The notes: a model not told the origin generated them from the letters alone. A DNA stretch of 64,000 nt from Candidatus Nanoarchaeia archaeon (GCA_041653395.1 JBAZFK010000004.1:5307-69306); one strand, 5' to 3'; counted from the stretch's first letter, positions 43,465 to 53,984 are shown. Numbers and translations: made by a program.

Positions 43465-45095
43465 TGCCAACATTTGAAGCAAGCTTTAAGGATTTTGAAA
43501 AATTAGTAGGAATAAAACTTCCGAAAAACAAGGAAAAATTATGGAAAAAATTGTTATTAGTAAAAACAGAAGTTGAAGAGTTAGATTTGAATAATGATAT
43601 TATTAAATTCGAGCCAGCTGACAGCAACCGGCCAGACATGTGGCATGTTGAAGGGCTTGCAAGAGCCCTAAAAGGTGCCTTAGGAATAGAGGCAGGGATT
43701 CCAAAATATGAGCTATTGCCTTCAAATGATGAAATACTAGTTGACAAAAGCGTCAAGAAAATCAGGCCTTTCATTGCATGTGCTGTAGTGAAAGGAATAA
43801 AATTCACGGAGTTCTTAATAAAGCAATTAATGCAGTTGCAATTAAAAGTTGACGGAAGCTATGGAAGAAAACGAGCAAAATCCTCAATAGGAATTTATAA
43901 TTATGAAATGATTAAGTTTCCTGTAAAATACAAGGCAATTGGCAGGGAAGATGTTAAATTTGTGCCTTTAGGATTTAATGAAGAGCTGACTCCCAATCAA
44001 ATCTTTGAATTGCACCCTAAAGGTGTTGAATTTGGAAAAATACTGGAGAATTTTAAAAAAGTGCCAATATTAATAGATGCCAATAAAAAAATCTTGTCAT
44101 TGCCTCCAATAATAAACAGCAACGATGTTGGGAAAATCACAAAAGAAACCACAAGCATATTAATTGAAGTAACTGGAACAAAAAAAGAAACAGTAATCGG
44201 AGCATTGAATATAGTGATAAGCGCATTAGCTGACAGGGGTGGAAAGATTTACAGCCTAAAAATCAAGGAAGGTAATAAAAGAACCATCACTCCAATGATT
44301 GAGCCAAAAACAATAACTATAAGCAAAAAAAGCATAGAAAAAAGAATAGGAATAAAATGGAGTGATTCCGAATTAAAAGACTTATTGTTAAGAGCAAGGT
44401 TTGATATTTCAAAAATCACAAAGGATGAAATAACAGTAAAAATCCCATTCTATAGATTAGATATAATGCATGAATTTGATGTAATAGAAGATTTAGCAGT
44501 GATGTACGGCTTTGAAAACATTGAATCCCAGCAGCTTAAATTATCCACTAACGGAGGATTGCTTGAATCAAGCATTTATTTAAACAATGTAAGAGACTTA
44601 GCAATAGGTATGGGTTATCAGGAAGTAATGAATTATTACAGATGCGACAAGGAATCATTGTTCAATCCCGAATGTGTTGAAATAGAAAATCCTATGAGCC
44701 TAACCATGAATGTTTTAAGGAATGAATTAATGCCAGTGTTAATAAAATGGATTGCCAAAAACACCCATAATTCTTATCCTCAAAAAATCTTCGAAGTTGG
44801 AAAAACTTTCATAAAAAATAAGGAGGAAGTTTTAGAAGAAAACTATTTATCAATGCTTTCCAGCCATTTAGCCGCTGATTTTACTGAGATAAAGCAGGCA
44901 GCAGAATGGGTGCTTAAGTCTTTAGGAATAAAATATGAACTGAAAGCAAAAGATTACTACCAATACATTCCGGGAAGAAGCGCAGCAATAATTATGAACT
45001 CAAAAGAAATAGGAAGTTTTGGAGAATTAAGCCCGAAAATAATACTTGAAAACGGAATGGAAAACCCTATAATTGGGTTGGAAATAAAAATATAA
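43464..45095 (+). CDS. pheT: Phenylalanine--tRNA ligase beta subunit (archaeal)
   Basis: MPT, NRPD, IRPF, GRKR, SLPPIINS, YRLDIMHEFDVIED, IENP, IFEVG. Confidence 0.96.
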   Translation: MPTFEASFKDFEKLVGIKLPKNKEKLWKKLLLVKTEVEELDLNNDIIKFEPADSNRPDMWHVEGLARALKGALGIEAGIPKYELLPSNDEILVDKSVKKIRPFIACAVVKGIKFTEFLIKQLMQLQLKVDGSYGRKRAKSSIGIYNYEMIKFPVKYKAIGREDVKFVPLGFNEELTPNQIFELHPKGVEFGKILENFKKVPILIDANKKILSLPPIINSNDVGKITKETTSILIEVTGTKKETVIGALNIVISALADRGGKIYSLKIKEGNKRTITPMIEPKTITISKKSIEKRIGIKWSDSELKDLLLRARFDISKITKDEITVKIPFYRLDIMHEFDVIEDLAVMYGFENIESQQLKLSTNGGLLESSIYLNNVRDLAIGMGYQEVMNYYRCDKESLFNPECVEIENPMSLTMNVLRNELMPVLIKWIAKNTHNSYPQKIFEVGKTFIKNKEEVLEENYLSMLSSHLAADFTEIKQAAEWVLKSLGIKYELKAKDYYQYIPGRSAAIIMNSKEIGSFGELSPKIILENGMENPIIGLEIKI

Positions 45096-45113
45096 AAATT
45101 TTAAAAAAAAGAT

Positions 45114-45773
45114 TTATTTCTTTGAAGCTTCGCTATACCATTCTCCCATTATTTTTCCATTTACAAGAATCATTAAAGGGCTTGCAAGCAAAGGCGCAAT
45201 CACTGTGAAGCTTAAAATTCCTGAAATGAAACCAATAACTATTGAGTAAAGAATATTTATTCCAATCATTTTAAGATAAGCTCCAAAATTTCCAAAAACA
45301 ATGCTGAAAGCCTTGTTTATGTCAAAAAAAGCGCTGAACTTCTGCTCTTTTGCATAATTAGCAGTTAAAGCAGGAATAATCAAAATATAAGCAAAGATTA
45401 ATACTGCAACCAATATCCATAAAAATCCCATGCTTAAAGCAATATTAGTCATTTCGGAAATATCATTGGACATTGAAGCTGAAATAATCCCGCTAAAGCT
45501 TCCTGCAAAAATAGCCATGAACGGAATCATTAAAATGAATCCAAATGCCATATATTTTAACCCATTCATAACATCGTTTCCGAAATTTCCGAAAACTTTG
45601 GGAATCTCATCATTTTGATTGATTGAATTTGAAATTATCCTAATAGATAATCCCATTAATAGCAAGGCTCCGACAAGTGGAATAAAAACTGCTATTGCTG
45701 CAAGCAAGCAAAACATTAAAGTTCCCTTATAATCTTTTGCAATGAACTTGTACGCTGAATCAATAGTTAGCAT
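45114..45773 (-). CDS. DUF4013-like integral membrane protein
   Basis: FIPLVG..LLMG, IPKV..F..GLK, LIIPAL.NYA...F.AFF; multiple TM helices. Confidence 0.75.
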   Translation of the reverse strand: MLTIDSAYKFIAKDYKGTLMFCLLAAIAVFIPLVGALLLMGLSIRIISNSINQNDEIPKVFGNFGNDVMNGLKYMAFGFILMIPFMAIFAGSFSGIISASMSNDISEMTNIALSMGFLWILVAVLIFAYILIIPALTANYAKEQKFSAFFDINKAFSIVFGNFGAYLKMIGINILYSIVIGFISGILSFTVIAPLLASPLMILVNGKIMGEWYSEASKK

Positions 45774-45808
45774 AATTAATTAAAATACTAGGGTACTATT
45801 TAATCTTT

Positions 45809-46183
45809 ATGGCTCATTACAGCAAAGGCGCAGCGTATGAAAGAGAATTAATGGCAATACTTAACACTAAAGGATTTGCTGTTGCAAGGATTGCAGGAAG
45901 CGGCAAAGCTAAAGTGGAAGAGCCTGATTTAATAGCAGGAAATAGCAGATTAATACTAGCAATTGAATGCAAATATTCAGGCACCTTATATAAAACTGTT
46001 AATATGATTCAAGCCAATGATTTGGTGAAATTTGCCAAAATGTTCGGGGCGAAAGCAATACTTGCCTTCAGATTTGCCCATACTGCCTGGAAATTCATGG
46101 AATTAACCCAAGCAGTCACTAAAAATGTAAGCATTAAAAAAACAGACAAGCTTATGGAATTAAATGAATTAATAGGTGGATAA
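45809..46183 (+). CDS. hjc: Holliday junction resolvase Hjc
   Basis: KGAAYEREL, GFAVARIAGSG, PDLIAG, AIECK. Confidence 0.93.
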   Translation: MAHYSKGAAYERELMAILNTKGFAVARIAGSGKAKVEEPDLIAGNSRLILAIECKYSGTLYKTVNMIQANDLVKFAKMFGAKAILAFRFAHTAWKFMELTQAVTKNVSIKKTDKLMELNELIGG

Positions 46184-46184
46184 A

Positions 46185-46817
46185 ATGAGTTTAAATCAAA
46201 AAGTTTTAGCGCTGAAGAATTCAAAAGTCAAAGAATTAGTTGGCAATAGATTAAAAGAATTCAGCGAAAAAAACAAAAAAAGCAACGAGGATTGGTATAG
46301 CGAACTATGCTTTTGCATACTTACAGCGAACAGCAGGGCAAAAACGGCAATTAATATACAAAATGAATTAGGATACAAAGGATTTTTTGAAAAAAATCAA
46401 CAAGAATTGGAAAAAATTATTTCAAAAAACAAGCACAGATTCTCAAGCATGAAATCAAGATACTTAATTAAGGCAAGAGAACATAAAAATCTACAATTAA
46501 AAATAAATGAATTAATCAGCAAAGGGCAAGAACAAGTAAGAAATCACTTGGCAGAAAATATTTTAGGAATAGGATTAAAAGAGGCAAGCCATTTCTTGCG
46601 AAACATAGGCTTTTTTGAGCTTGCAATACTTGACCGCCACATACTCGCGCTTCTAAAAGCGCACGGCTACATTAACGAAGTGCCGAAAACCTTGACAAAG
46701 AAAGAGTATTATAGGATTGAAAAAATCTTTCAAAAAATAGCCTCTGAATTAAAAATGAGCCCTGCAGAATTAGACTTATACATGTGGTATATGAGAACAG
46801 GAGAGGTTTTGAAATGA
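46185..46817 (+). CDS. ogg: 8-oxoguanine DNA glycosylase/AP lyase (archaeal Ogg2 type)
   Basis: ELCFCILTAN, HRF, GIGLKEASHFLRNIG, AILDRHIL, LDLYMWYMRTGEVLK. Confidence 0.95.
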   Translation: MSLNQKVLALKNSKVKELVGNRLKEFSEKNKKSNEDWYSELCFCILTANSRAKTAINIQNELGYKGFFEKNQQELEKIISKNKHRFSSMKSRYLIKAREHKNLQLKINELISKGQEQVRNHLAENILGIGLKEASHFLRNIGFFELAILDRHILALLKAHGYINEVPKTLTKKEYYRIEKIFQKIASELKMSPAELDLYMWYMRTGEVLK

Positions 46818-47410
46818 TTGAATATTTTGACTCAATAGATTTGGCAATAACAGGAAAAAGCTTTGTAAAAAAAGACCTATTCTTTAACCTTGCAAGAGTC
46901 AGAAAAATAAACCTGAAAAAATATCACATAATAGGCATTGATGACAAATTAGGGATACTTAAAATAATAATGATTCTTAAAAAGCAGGGTTTTAAAGCAA
47001 CAAGTTTTTGGATAAACAGGGAAAATTACTCAAAATATGATTCAAAATATTACGATTATGAGATTAATTCATTAAAAAGAGTCATTAAGTTCATTAAAGA
47101 CAAAAAAATAAAGAATCCATTAATACTCGCAGACTTTGACAATACTGTTGCAAGAGCCAACTATGAAGCAATACAAAGAAGCGCCAAGGAATCAAGCTTT
47201 TGGGAAAAAGTGCCTGTTAATTTTTTAACAACCTCTTTAGCAATACTCTTAGCGCCGTTCACTTACTTAACCATAATACTTGATTTAATCAAGCCATCAA
47301 ACACTCCCTACAGGGAATCAAAAGAGTTCAAGAATTTTATTATTAAAAAAAAAATAATGACCTGGGTAATAAGCTACAGGAATAAATACCTGCAAAAAAA
47401 ATATTTTTAA
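46814..47410 (+). CDS. Hypothetical protein with an internal HAD-like DFDNT motif and one hydrophobic segment
   Basis: ATG at 46814 overlaps the ogg stop; ILADFDNTV. Confidence 0.6.
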   Translation: MIEYFDSIDLAITGKSFVKKDLFFNLARVRKINLKKYHIIGIDDKLGILKIIMILKKQGFKATSFWINRENYSKYDSKYYDYEINSLKRVIKFIKDKKIKNPLILADFDNTVARANYEAIQRSAKESSFWEKVPVNFLTTSLAILLAPFTYLTIILDLIKPSNTPYRESKEFKNFIIKKKIMTWVISYRNKYLQKKYF

Positions 47411-48079
47411 TCATTTCTTTTTTTTCTTAGCTTCTTTGGCATAAACAATGTATGAATAGATTGTTGTGCCGATAATTACTAAAAATATTCCAACAATAAA
47501 CAAAGCAATTGACACTACCTCTGGCAAAAAATTGCAGGCAATAATTATTGCCCCAAAGACCATGAAAAAATAGCCGCCAACCCTGTGCGTTTTTTTCCAA
47601 ACTTTGTCAGATGAAAGAGTCCAAGGGTTCTTGATTCCCATGAACCAGTTAGGCTTAATATTTTTCAAAAATGAGCCTATAAAAATCATGAATAAACCTA
47701 TAGAACTTGTTGCAAGCAGAGTAATATTGATATTATATCCTAAATTATAAGCGCCAATTCCAATAAACATCATAAATAAAATAAGCAGTATCATTGCCTT
47801 AAACAAATGGTAAAATTTGCTAAAACCCTCATAATTCCTCTTTTTGGGGTCAATGTAAGGCAGCGCCAAAAATAATGCATACATTATTGACATCATCATT
47901 GGAAAAAGCCAGACCATGAACTCTTTATTGCTGTAGCCGTCAACCTCGCCTTTGAAATTCCAATGGCTTGCAATCACATCAGGAAGCAGGGAATAAAAAT
48001 AAATGCTGAAAAAAACAGCCAAGCCAATAATAATCAAAGGAACAGCTTCAGTCTTAAGGCTCGGCTTAATAGGATTCAT
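47411..48079 (-). CDS. SdpI/YhfL family immunity membrane protein (DUF1648)
   Basis: LPDVIASHWNFKGEVDGY, IDPK, PNWFMGIKNPWTLSS..VWKKTHR. Confidence 0.92.
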   Translation of the reverse strand: MNPIKPSLKTEAVPLIIIGLAVFFSIYFYSLLPDVIASHWNFKGEVDGYSNKEFMVWLFPMMMSIMYALFLALPYIDPKKRNYEGFSKFYHLFKAMILLILFMMFIGIGAYNLGYNINITLLATSSIGLFMIFIGSFLKNIKPNWFMGIKNPWTLSSDKVWKKTHRVGGYFFMVFGAIIIACNFLPEVVSIALFIVGIFLVIIGTTIYSYIVYAKEAKKKKK

Positions 48080-48113
48080 ACCAATAAAATAACTGCTTAG
48101 TGCTTAAAAAACT

Positions 48114-48995
48114 TTATTTATAAAACTCTTTAATCACTTCTTCAACAGGAATCTCCTTAATAGTCACAGTGTCAATGTCGATTTTTCCAAGAAATTTAGC
48201 AACATTATTCTTTTTCATCCTTTTTTCCTTAATAACTCCTTTGTCTTCCCATTTAATAATTACTTCATCAGGCTTGATTTTTGAGAATTCGCCGTCATAA
48301 ACAATTTTCCCCTTATTAATTATGATAAGTCTCTTGCACAAGTTTTCAATCTCGCTTAAGTCATGGCTGGTTAAAATAATAGTCGTATTCTCCTCTTCAT
48401 TAATTTTTTTCAGCAATTGAATAAAATTAAATTTGGCAATGATGTCCATCCCAATAGTCGGCTCATCTAAAAATAAAATATCAGGCTTATACACCAAACA
48501 GCTCACTAGTTCTGCTTTCATCTGCTGCCCCAAACTTAGCTTCCTGAACGGCTGGTTAATGAACTCATCAATATCTATAAGTTTATTCAGCTCTCTGATT
48601 CTTTTTTTAAGCACATCGCTGGAAACATTATAAAATGAGGAGATTAGCTCCAAATTATCCATTACGCTGATTTCAGGCCACATGCTTTTTCTCTGGCCAA
48701 ACACTACACCAACTTTTCTTAAATACTTCTTCCTTTCTCTAAAAGGCACAAAGCTGTTGCTTACAATCTCCCCAAAATCTGGATGCAAAATGCCAGTAAG
48801 CATCTTAATAGTAGTAGTTTTGCCAGCGCCGTTAGGGCCGATAAAGCCCACAAGCTCTCCTTTATTTATTGAAAATGAGATATTGTCAACAGCCTTAATA
48901 ATCTTATATTCAGGCTTAAGCAAATCCTTTAAAATTCCTTTTTTCTGCTTAACCTTATAATACTTTGACAGCTCTTTTACAGTAATTATTTCCAT
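48114..48995 (-). CDS. ABC exporter ATP-binding protein
   Basis: GPNGAGKTT, GVVFGQR, LSLGQ, LFLDEPT, TSH. Confidence 0.93.
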   Translation of the reverse strand: MEIITVKELSKYYKVKQKKGILKDLLKPEYKIIKAVDNISFSINKGELVGFIGPNGAGKTTTIKMLTGILHPDFGEIVSNSFVPFRERKKYLRKVGVVFGQRKSMWPEISVMDNLELISSFYNVSSDVLKKRIRELNKLIDIDEFINQPFRKLSLGQQMKAELVSCLVYKPDILFLDEPTIGMDIIAKFNFIQLLKKINEEENTTIILTSHDLSEIENLCKRLIIINKGKIVYDGEFSKIKPDEVIIKWEDKGVIKEKRMKKNNVAKFLGKIDIDTVTIKEIPVEEVIKEFYK

Positions 48996-49744
48996 CAGTA
49001 ACCAGCACTCCTGTACCTTTTTAACCCTAAATTAAAAATAATTATGAAAGCAGTTATTAATATTATGATAAACCCAAAATACACCCAGGCAAATGAAGGA
49101 TCTTTAAGCAATAACACTGGCCCAAAGCTAATCATGCATCCTGGGAAAATGAAAAGCCCAAAAAATTTCATGAAGTCATTAAAAATTCCAGGAGGATAGT
49201 TTGCAAAACCAATTATTAAGTCAAAGAATTCAAAATCATTATTGACATCTGTAAAGAAAGGAATGCAGGAAAACAGGCAAGTTGCCACATTGAATATTAC
49301 AGCGCTAAATATGCCAAAGACTATAATGAAAGGAATATTAGCAGGGTCATTTAAAAGCAATAGCACAATTAAAGGAATAATTTCTCCAATAACAGTTAAT
49401 CTTATCCTGTGTATTAATATGCTTAAATAAGCATTAATAGGTCTGATTAACAAAAAATCCAGTTCTCCTGAGATTATTTCATAGCTCATCTGGTCAGCTC
49501 CTTTGAAAAATCCTATTCCAAGAATGTAAGCAATCTGCATAATGGCAATGCCCATAATTATTTCATTATAACTTAATCCTCCAAGCCCATTATTAGTGTA
49601 AGCCAAATAAATAACTGTCCCATAAAATGCCAAATTAACAAAAAATATTGTCACAATGTCAAAAATGAAACTGAAGCGAAACTCGCTCAATGCTTTCAGA
49701 TTTACCTCTAAATATTTAATCAAATAATTAACCATTGGATTCAA
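48995..49744 (-). CDS. ABC-2 type permease (DUF990-like)
   Basis: ISGELDFLLIRPIN, YPPGIF, GLKRYRSAG. Confidence 0.85.
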   Translation of the reverse strand: MNPMVNYLIKYLEVNLKALSEFRFSFIFDIVTIFFVNLAFYGTVIYLAYTNNGLGGLSYNEIIMGIAIMQIAYILGIGFFKGADQMSYEIISGELDFLLIRPINAYLSILIHRIRLTVIGEIIPLIVLLLLNDPANIPFIIVFGIFSAVIFNVATCLFSCIPFFTDVNNDFEFFDLIIGFANYPPGIFNDFMKFFGLFIFPGCMISFGPVLLLKDPSFAWVYFGFIIILITAFIIIFNLGLKRYRSAGY

Positions 49745-50492
49745 GCCTCTTATACACGAATTTTCTAATAATTAGATTAAGAAAAATGAAAAAAGCCAAA
49801 TAAAAAACAAACAAGCCAAAGTAAGGGAAAGTGCCTCCAATAATATATTCAAGAGGTGCTCCGAAGAAAAAAAATTGCGGAATAAGCTTCACAATGCTAG
49901 GGAAATATTTCACAGAAACTAGCCCACCACCTATGAAATAACTAAGCATTGAATACATAGAGTTCAATCTCCCAAGCTTTTCAAAAATAAGGCTTAAATA
50001 GCAGAAAATTGAATTGTTTAAAAACATGAAGAGCACAGCAAAAGGAATAACCAATAAAGCCCTTAATAAGAACTCTAAAGGAATCGTGAATGAAGCAATC
50101 AAATTTAGTATAAAGAAGAATATTAATGCATTAATGATTGCCTTGTAAACTTTGTGCGAAAAAAACTTCAAAAGCATGTAAACAACGAAATCATAAGGCT
50201 TAACTAAGTGAACATTAATGTTTCCGCTAATGACCTCCCTTTCAATCTCCCTTGCAACATTTCCTCTTTGAAAAGAATTAATAATTGCATTGCCAAAGAA
50301 ATAATAGATCAATAGCTCATTCATTGAAGAAAACACTGGATTAACATTGTTCAAATAAATCCCCAAAAATATTGAAAAAAGCCCCTGAAATACGAGCGAA
50401 ACATTTTCTAAAATTATTTCATTCAAATAAAACACTCTGCTCTCAAGAGTTTTTATAAAAACAACGAAATAAGACATAAATAATTTTAGCAA
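49728..50492 (-). CDS. ABC-2 type permease (DUF990-like)
   Basis: EVISGNINVHLVKPYD, FIGGGLV, C-terminal SNG; TTG start. Confidence 0.8.
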   Translation of the reverse strand: MLKLFMSYFVVFIKTLESRVFYLNEIILENVSLVFQGLFSIFLGIYLNNVNPVFSSMNELLIYYFFGNAIINSFQRGNVAREIEREVISGNINVHLVKPYDFVVYMLLKFFSHKVYKAIINALIFFFILNLIASFTIPLEFLLRALLVIPFAVLFMFLNNSIFCYLSLIFEKLGRLNSMYSMLSYFIGGGLVSVKYFPSIVKLIPQFFFFGAPLEYIIGGTFPYFGLFVFYLAFFIFLNLIIRKFVYKRLESNG

Positions 50493-50596
50493 TGTTAAAT
50501 TAAAACTTTTTCCAAAAAACTTATTTTATAACCAAAATGTAATATTAAGGAGGTTTAATCATTCATTAAAAATTGTTCCTTAATATGATGGAATAC

Positions 50597-51550
50597 TCAA
50601 CACTTAAGCAGCTTATCTTTAAGCAAATTCTTAATCAATTTAACTTCAGAGCTTATGAAGAATCTTTTTTTGTCAGTAGATTTTTTAAAATAACTATAAA
50701 ACCATGCGAACTCGCAGCATGAGCCAAAAATTATCAAATCAATTATTGAATCTTTTTCATCCTTTTTTAAAGGATTAAGCTTCTCATATTCTTTTATAAT
50801 AATCTCTGAGCATTTTTTGTTAATCTTAGTGCTGACACAACTAAATTTTATTGCTTGGCTCAAATCATAGATTCTTGGAGCCACTTGCAAATTCTCAAAA
50901 TCAATTATGCCAACAATCTTATTTTTGTCAAAAACAACATTCCCTAGGTTAAAATCAGAATGAGTTACAAGCAAATTTTTGCTGATTTTCTTTTTTGAAA
51001 ACTCATTCAGGGCTTTTTCAAAAATTGAGACATTTTCATAGACTAATCTGTCAATCTCATTCTTTGGCTTTATTTTTTTGAATTTTTCATACTCACATCT
51101 AACCCAATCAAGATCAAAGATTTTATTGCCTTTTTTAATCTTAAAACCTCTTATGTATTTATGGTAAATAGCTATTGCTTTTCCCAATTCTTTCAATATT
51201 TCATTGTTGATTTTTCTGCCGCAAGTGCCTTTTATTTTTTCATAAACCCATAAAGTTTTCTTGTTAATTCTTAGCACTTCCTTTTTTTCATTGCTCAAAA
51301 TAGGGTAAGGCAATTTGTAAGGGAATTTTTTTAGCTTCAAATACTTAATTACTTTGAATTGGAACTCAAGCTTTTTTTCCCTATAATCATCCCACTTTTT
51401 TCCCAAACCTCTTATTATATAGTCTCCTTTGTCAGTTTTGATGCTAAAATTGTAATTAACCAATCCCTTAGCCATCAATTTTACTGATTTAACATTGCCT
51501 AAATTGTAAGATTTGGCTATTTTTTTAATCTCAAGTTTTGATAATTGCAT
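50597..51550 (-). CDS. Phosphotransferase of the APH/type II homoserine kinase fold
   Basis: GLVNYNF, YIIR, HSDFNLGNV, GIIDFE, RIYDL. Confidence 0.85.
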   Translation of the reverse strand: MQLSKLEIKKIAKSYNLGNVKSVKLMAKGLVNYNFSIKTDKGDYIIRGLGKKWDDYREKKLEFQFKVIKYLKLKKFPYKLPYPILSNEKKEVLRINKKTLWVYEKIKGTCGRKINNEILKELGKAIAIYHKYIRGFKIKKGNKIFDLDWVRCEYEKFKKIKPKNEIDRLVYENVSIFEKALNEFSKKKISKNLLVTHSDFNLGNVVFDKNKIVGIIDFENLQVAPRIYDLSQAIKFSCVSTKINKKCSEIIIKEYEKLNPLKKDEKDSIIDLIIFGSCCEFAWFYSYFKKSTDKKRFFISSEVKLIKNLLKDKLLKC

Positions 51551-51580
51551 GATAATATTATTGATTATTATTTTAAAAAA

Positions 51581-52381
51581 TTATTTTAAAAGTTTTTTTA
51601 GGTCAATAATAAATTCTTTGAATAATCCTATTTTTTTGTCAATTGTTTTTTTGTCATTTCCTATTTTTGCCATTTCAACCAATCTTTCTAGGCATAATTT
51701 AGGCTTAACCTTAAAATTAGGCAAATACTTGTAAACCCATTTCTTGTTCATTAAAAAAGTGTTATTCAATGCAAACAATATGGAATAAATGCTCACCAAG
51801 CTTTCAGAAAAAATGTTTGAAACAAACAAATCATTATTTCTTAGTATTTCAATATTAATAGCGCCTTTTTCTAGAAAAAAATTATATTCCAAATCTTTCA
51901 TTAAAGAATAGCTGTTCATTTTGAATTTTTCCAATATTGACTTTTTTATCTCTTTTTGAGATTTCTTAAAAACACCTAGTTTGTCAAAATAATATTTCGA
52001 ATTTCCCAAAAAAACGTAAGCACTTCTTTGCATGTAATAATCCATTGGCAATATATGAATATAATTCTTTAAATCATGCATCATCCATTTAGTTTCAACA
52101 AACAAAAGCATTATCTTAACTCCCTTATATTTAACATCTAAACGTATAGGCCAATTTGAATTACAAACTATTTCAAAATATTCTAATCCTTTAAGCAACT
52201 TTTTAACCTCTTGAATTGTTAATTTAGAATTGCAGTAAATCATAGTATCAACATCTGAATAATTATCAGAAAAACCCTGCATTAAGCTTCCATGAACCTG
52301 CATTGCATCAATTTTAGCAGACTTTTGTAATTTTTTAGAAAATTCTTTTCCAAAACCAATAAGAGTATCAGTTATATTCAT
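51581..52381 (-). CDS. Pol-beta superfamily nucleotidyltransferase with a helical C-terminal domain (DUF4037-like)
   Basis: HGSLMQGFSDNYSDVD; LFALNN...KW...F.VKP. Confidence 0.75.
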   Translation of the reverse strand: MNITDTLIGFGKEFSKKLQKSAKIDAMQVHGSLMQGFSDNYSDVDTMIYCNSKLTIQEVKKLLKGLEYFEIVCNSNWPIRLDVKYKGVKIMLLFVETKWMMHDLKNYIHILPMDYYMQRSAYVFLGNSKYYFDKLGVFKKSQKEIKKSILEKFKMNSYSLMKDLEYNFFLEKGAINIEILRNNDLFVSNIFSESLVSIYSILFALNNTFLMNKKWVYKYLPNFKVKPKLCLERLVEMAKIGNDKKTIDKKIGLFKEFIIDLKKLLK

Positions 52382-52418
52382 TAACCATTAAACACTTTTT
52401 AAATTAATAAATGATTAG

Positions 52419-52492
52419 GTTCCGAGCCGGAATTCGAATCCGGGTCAACAGGGCCACAACCTATTATCCTAACCAGCTAGACTACTCGGAAC
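52419..52492 (-). tRNA. tRNA-His(GUG) with encoded G-1
   Basis: G-TTCCGAG...CTCGGAA-C; ATAGG-TT-GTG-GC-CCTGT anticodon arm; TTCGAAT T loop. Confidence 0.95.
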
Positions 52493-52533
52493 AAGCTAAT
52501 TATTAAAGGAGTTTTTCGGTTTTAAAAAGTTAA

Positions 52534-52884
52534 TTATTTGCAATTCCTGCACTTCCCTTTTTCATGAATGCTTATTAATCCTTTGCATTCAGGGCAAGCC
52601 ATTCTTTTAGTTTCAGAGTTTATGAATTTTATAGGCCCGAATTTCTTGATAAATTCCAAATTTTCAATTAAATTAGTATTATACATTTTAATGTATTTAT
52701 CATTGAGCTGTTTCATATAAGGTCCCGGAAATTTTTTGGATTCGAACGCGAACCTCACATCTTTAACTTCAGTCTTTACTCTGCATTTATACTTTTTAGG
52801 CAGGCATCCAGTGCAGTTGCCGTCCATGAATCTTGAGCAGGTAGAGCAGTAAATCCCGCAGCAGCTGACCAAGTCTGAGTCCAT
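52534..52884 (-). CDS. DUF3795-like Cys-rich protein
   Basis: CCGIYCSTC, CTGC, NLIENLEFIK, CPEC...CRNC. Confidence 0.8.
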   Translation of the reverse strand: MDSDLVSCCGIYCSTCSRFMDGNCTGCLPKKYKCRVKTEVKDVRFAFESKKFPGPYMKQLNDKYIKMYNTNLIENLEFIKKFGPIKFINSETKRMACPECKGLISIHEKGKCRNCK

Positions 52885-52957
52885 GATTAAAACAATATTT
52901 TATATCTTATTAATTTTTACAAATGTTTTTATAATAAGAAAATTATCCAAAAAGCTG

Positions 52958-53605
52958 ATGAAAACCGGAATGGACATATTAATTGATATTGCTAAAAAAG
53001 CCAATAATGGGGCCGAAGTAGTTCCATCAGTTTGGTATTATAGTGGCAATTGCATCAATAATTATGAGCTAAGATACAAGGCAGCAAATATTTATTGCAC
53101 TGTCAAAACAACTCTTGAAGTATCAGACATTGAATCCCTTATTGAAAAGCCTTTAGGAAGGTACGGGCTAAGTTCCATAACTTTAGATGATGAAAAATGC
53201 TTTATGATAAATGAAGACAATTACGAGTGCTATCTGATGCCTTTAAAAAAAGTTGAAGGAGTGTTCAGAAAAAATGAAAATAATTTCAACAAATTTTTGT
53301 CCCCTTCAATCAAATATGCAGTTATTTGCCCTGAAATTAAAATAACTTTTCCTTACCACAAAAGCTGGAGATTAACTGACAGCTCTGTAGTAATAGAGGG
53401 AGACTCTGAAATTGAGCTAAACTCAAACCAGTGGAAGGCAGAGAGCTTGGACAAAAAACTGGACACTTTAAGTGGAATTTCAGAGCAGATAGTTTCATTC
53501 ATGATGATTTTATCAAGGCATCAGGATGAAATAGAAACCCTGTACAGTCATTACAAAAGCTTGAACAGCAAATTTGAGGCAAAAAATTCTGCAGTTAAAA
53601 AATGA
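52958..53605 (+). CDS. Hypothetical protein
   Basis: Long ORF; ATG at 52958 lies about 24 nt after TTTTATAA. Confidence 0.65.
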   Translation: MKTGMDILIDIAKKANNGAEVVPSVWYYSGNCINNYELRYKAANIYCTVKTTLEVSDIESLIEKPLGRYGLSSITLDDEKCFMINEDNYECYLMPLKKVEGVFRKNENNFNKFLSPSIKYAVICPEIKITFPYHKSWRLTDSSVVIEGDSEIELNSNQWKAESLDKKLDTLSGISEQIVSFMMILSRHQDEIETLYSHYKSLNSKFEAKNSAVKK

Positions 53606-53660
53606 AAGCATCTTGATTAATTTTTTTTCATATTATTATAGCATAACTAGTTATTGATAG

Positions 53661-53984
53661 TTATATTGATTTTTTAATCCACTCCATTAATGCTGCTTTT
53701 GGCATGAATCCAACTGTTTCCGCAACCACTTTTCCATTCTTGAAAATCTTTAAAGCAGGTATTGACTGCACTTCATAATCCATGCAAATTTTAGGGCAGC
53801 TAGCAGTGTCAGCTTTAGCAACAACTAATTTTTTGCTCATTTCTTCTGCAATTTCTTCAATTATAGGGCTTAGCATCCTGCAGGGAGGGCACCAAGTTGC
53901 CCAGAAATCAACCAATACTGGTAAAATTTTTGACTTTTCAACAACTTCTTTATTGAAATTACTATCATTAACAATTATTTCCAT
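53661..53984 (-). CDS. trxA: Thioredoxin
   Basis: VLVDFWATWCPPC, VQSIP, FKNG; start at MEIIV. Confidence 0.93.
   Translation of the reverse strand: MEIIVNDSNFNKEVVEKSKILPVLVDFWATWCPPCRMLSPIIEEIAEEMSKKLVVAKADTASCPKICMDYEVQSIPALKIFKNGKVVAETVGFMPKAALMEWIKKSI

Noticed and set aside
50542..50586. 10-bp inverted repeat ATATTAAGGA / TCCTTAATAT upstream of the ABC-2 operon
   Set aside because: Single AT-rich occurrence with a 25-nt spacer and no adjacent regulator; could be a terminator, an operator or chance.
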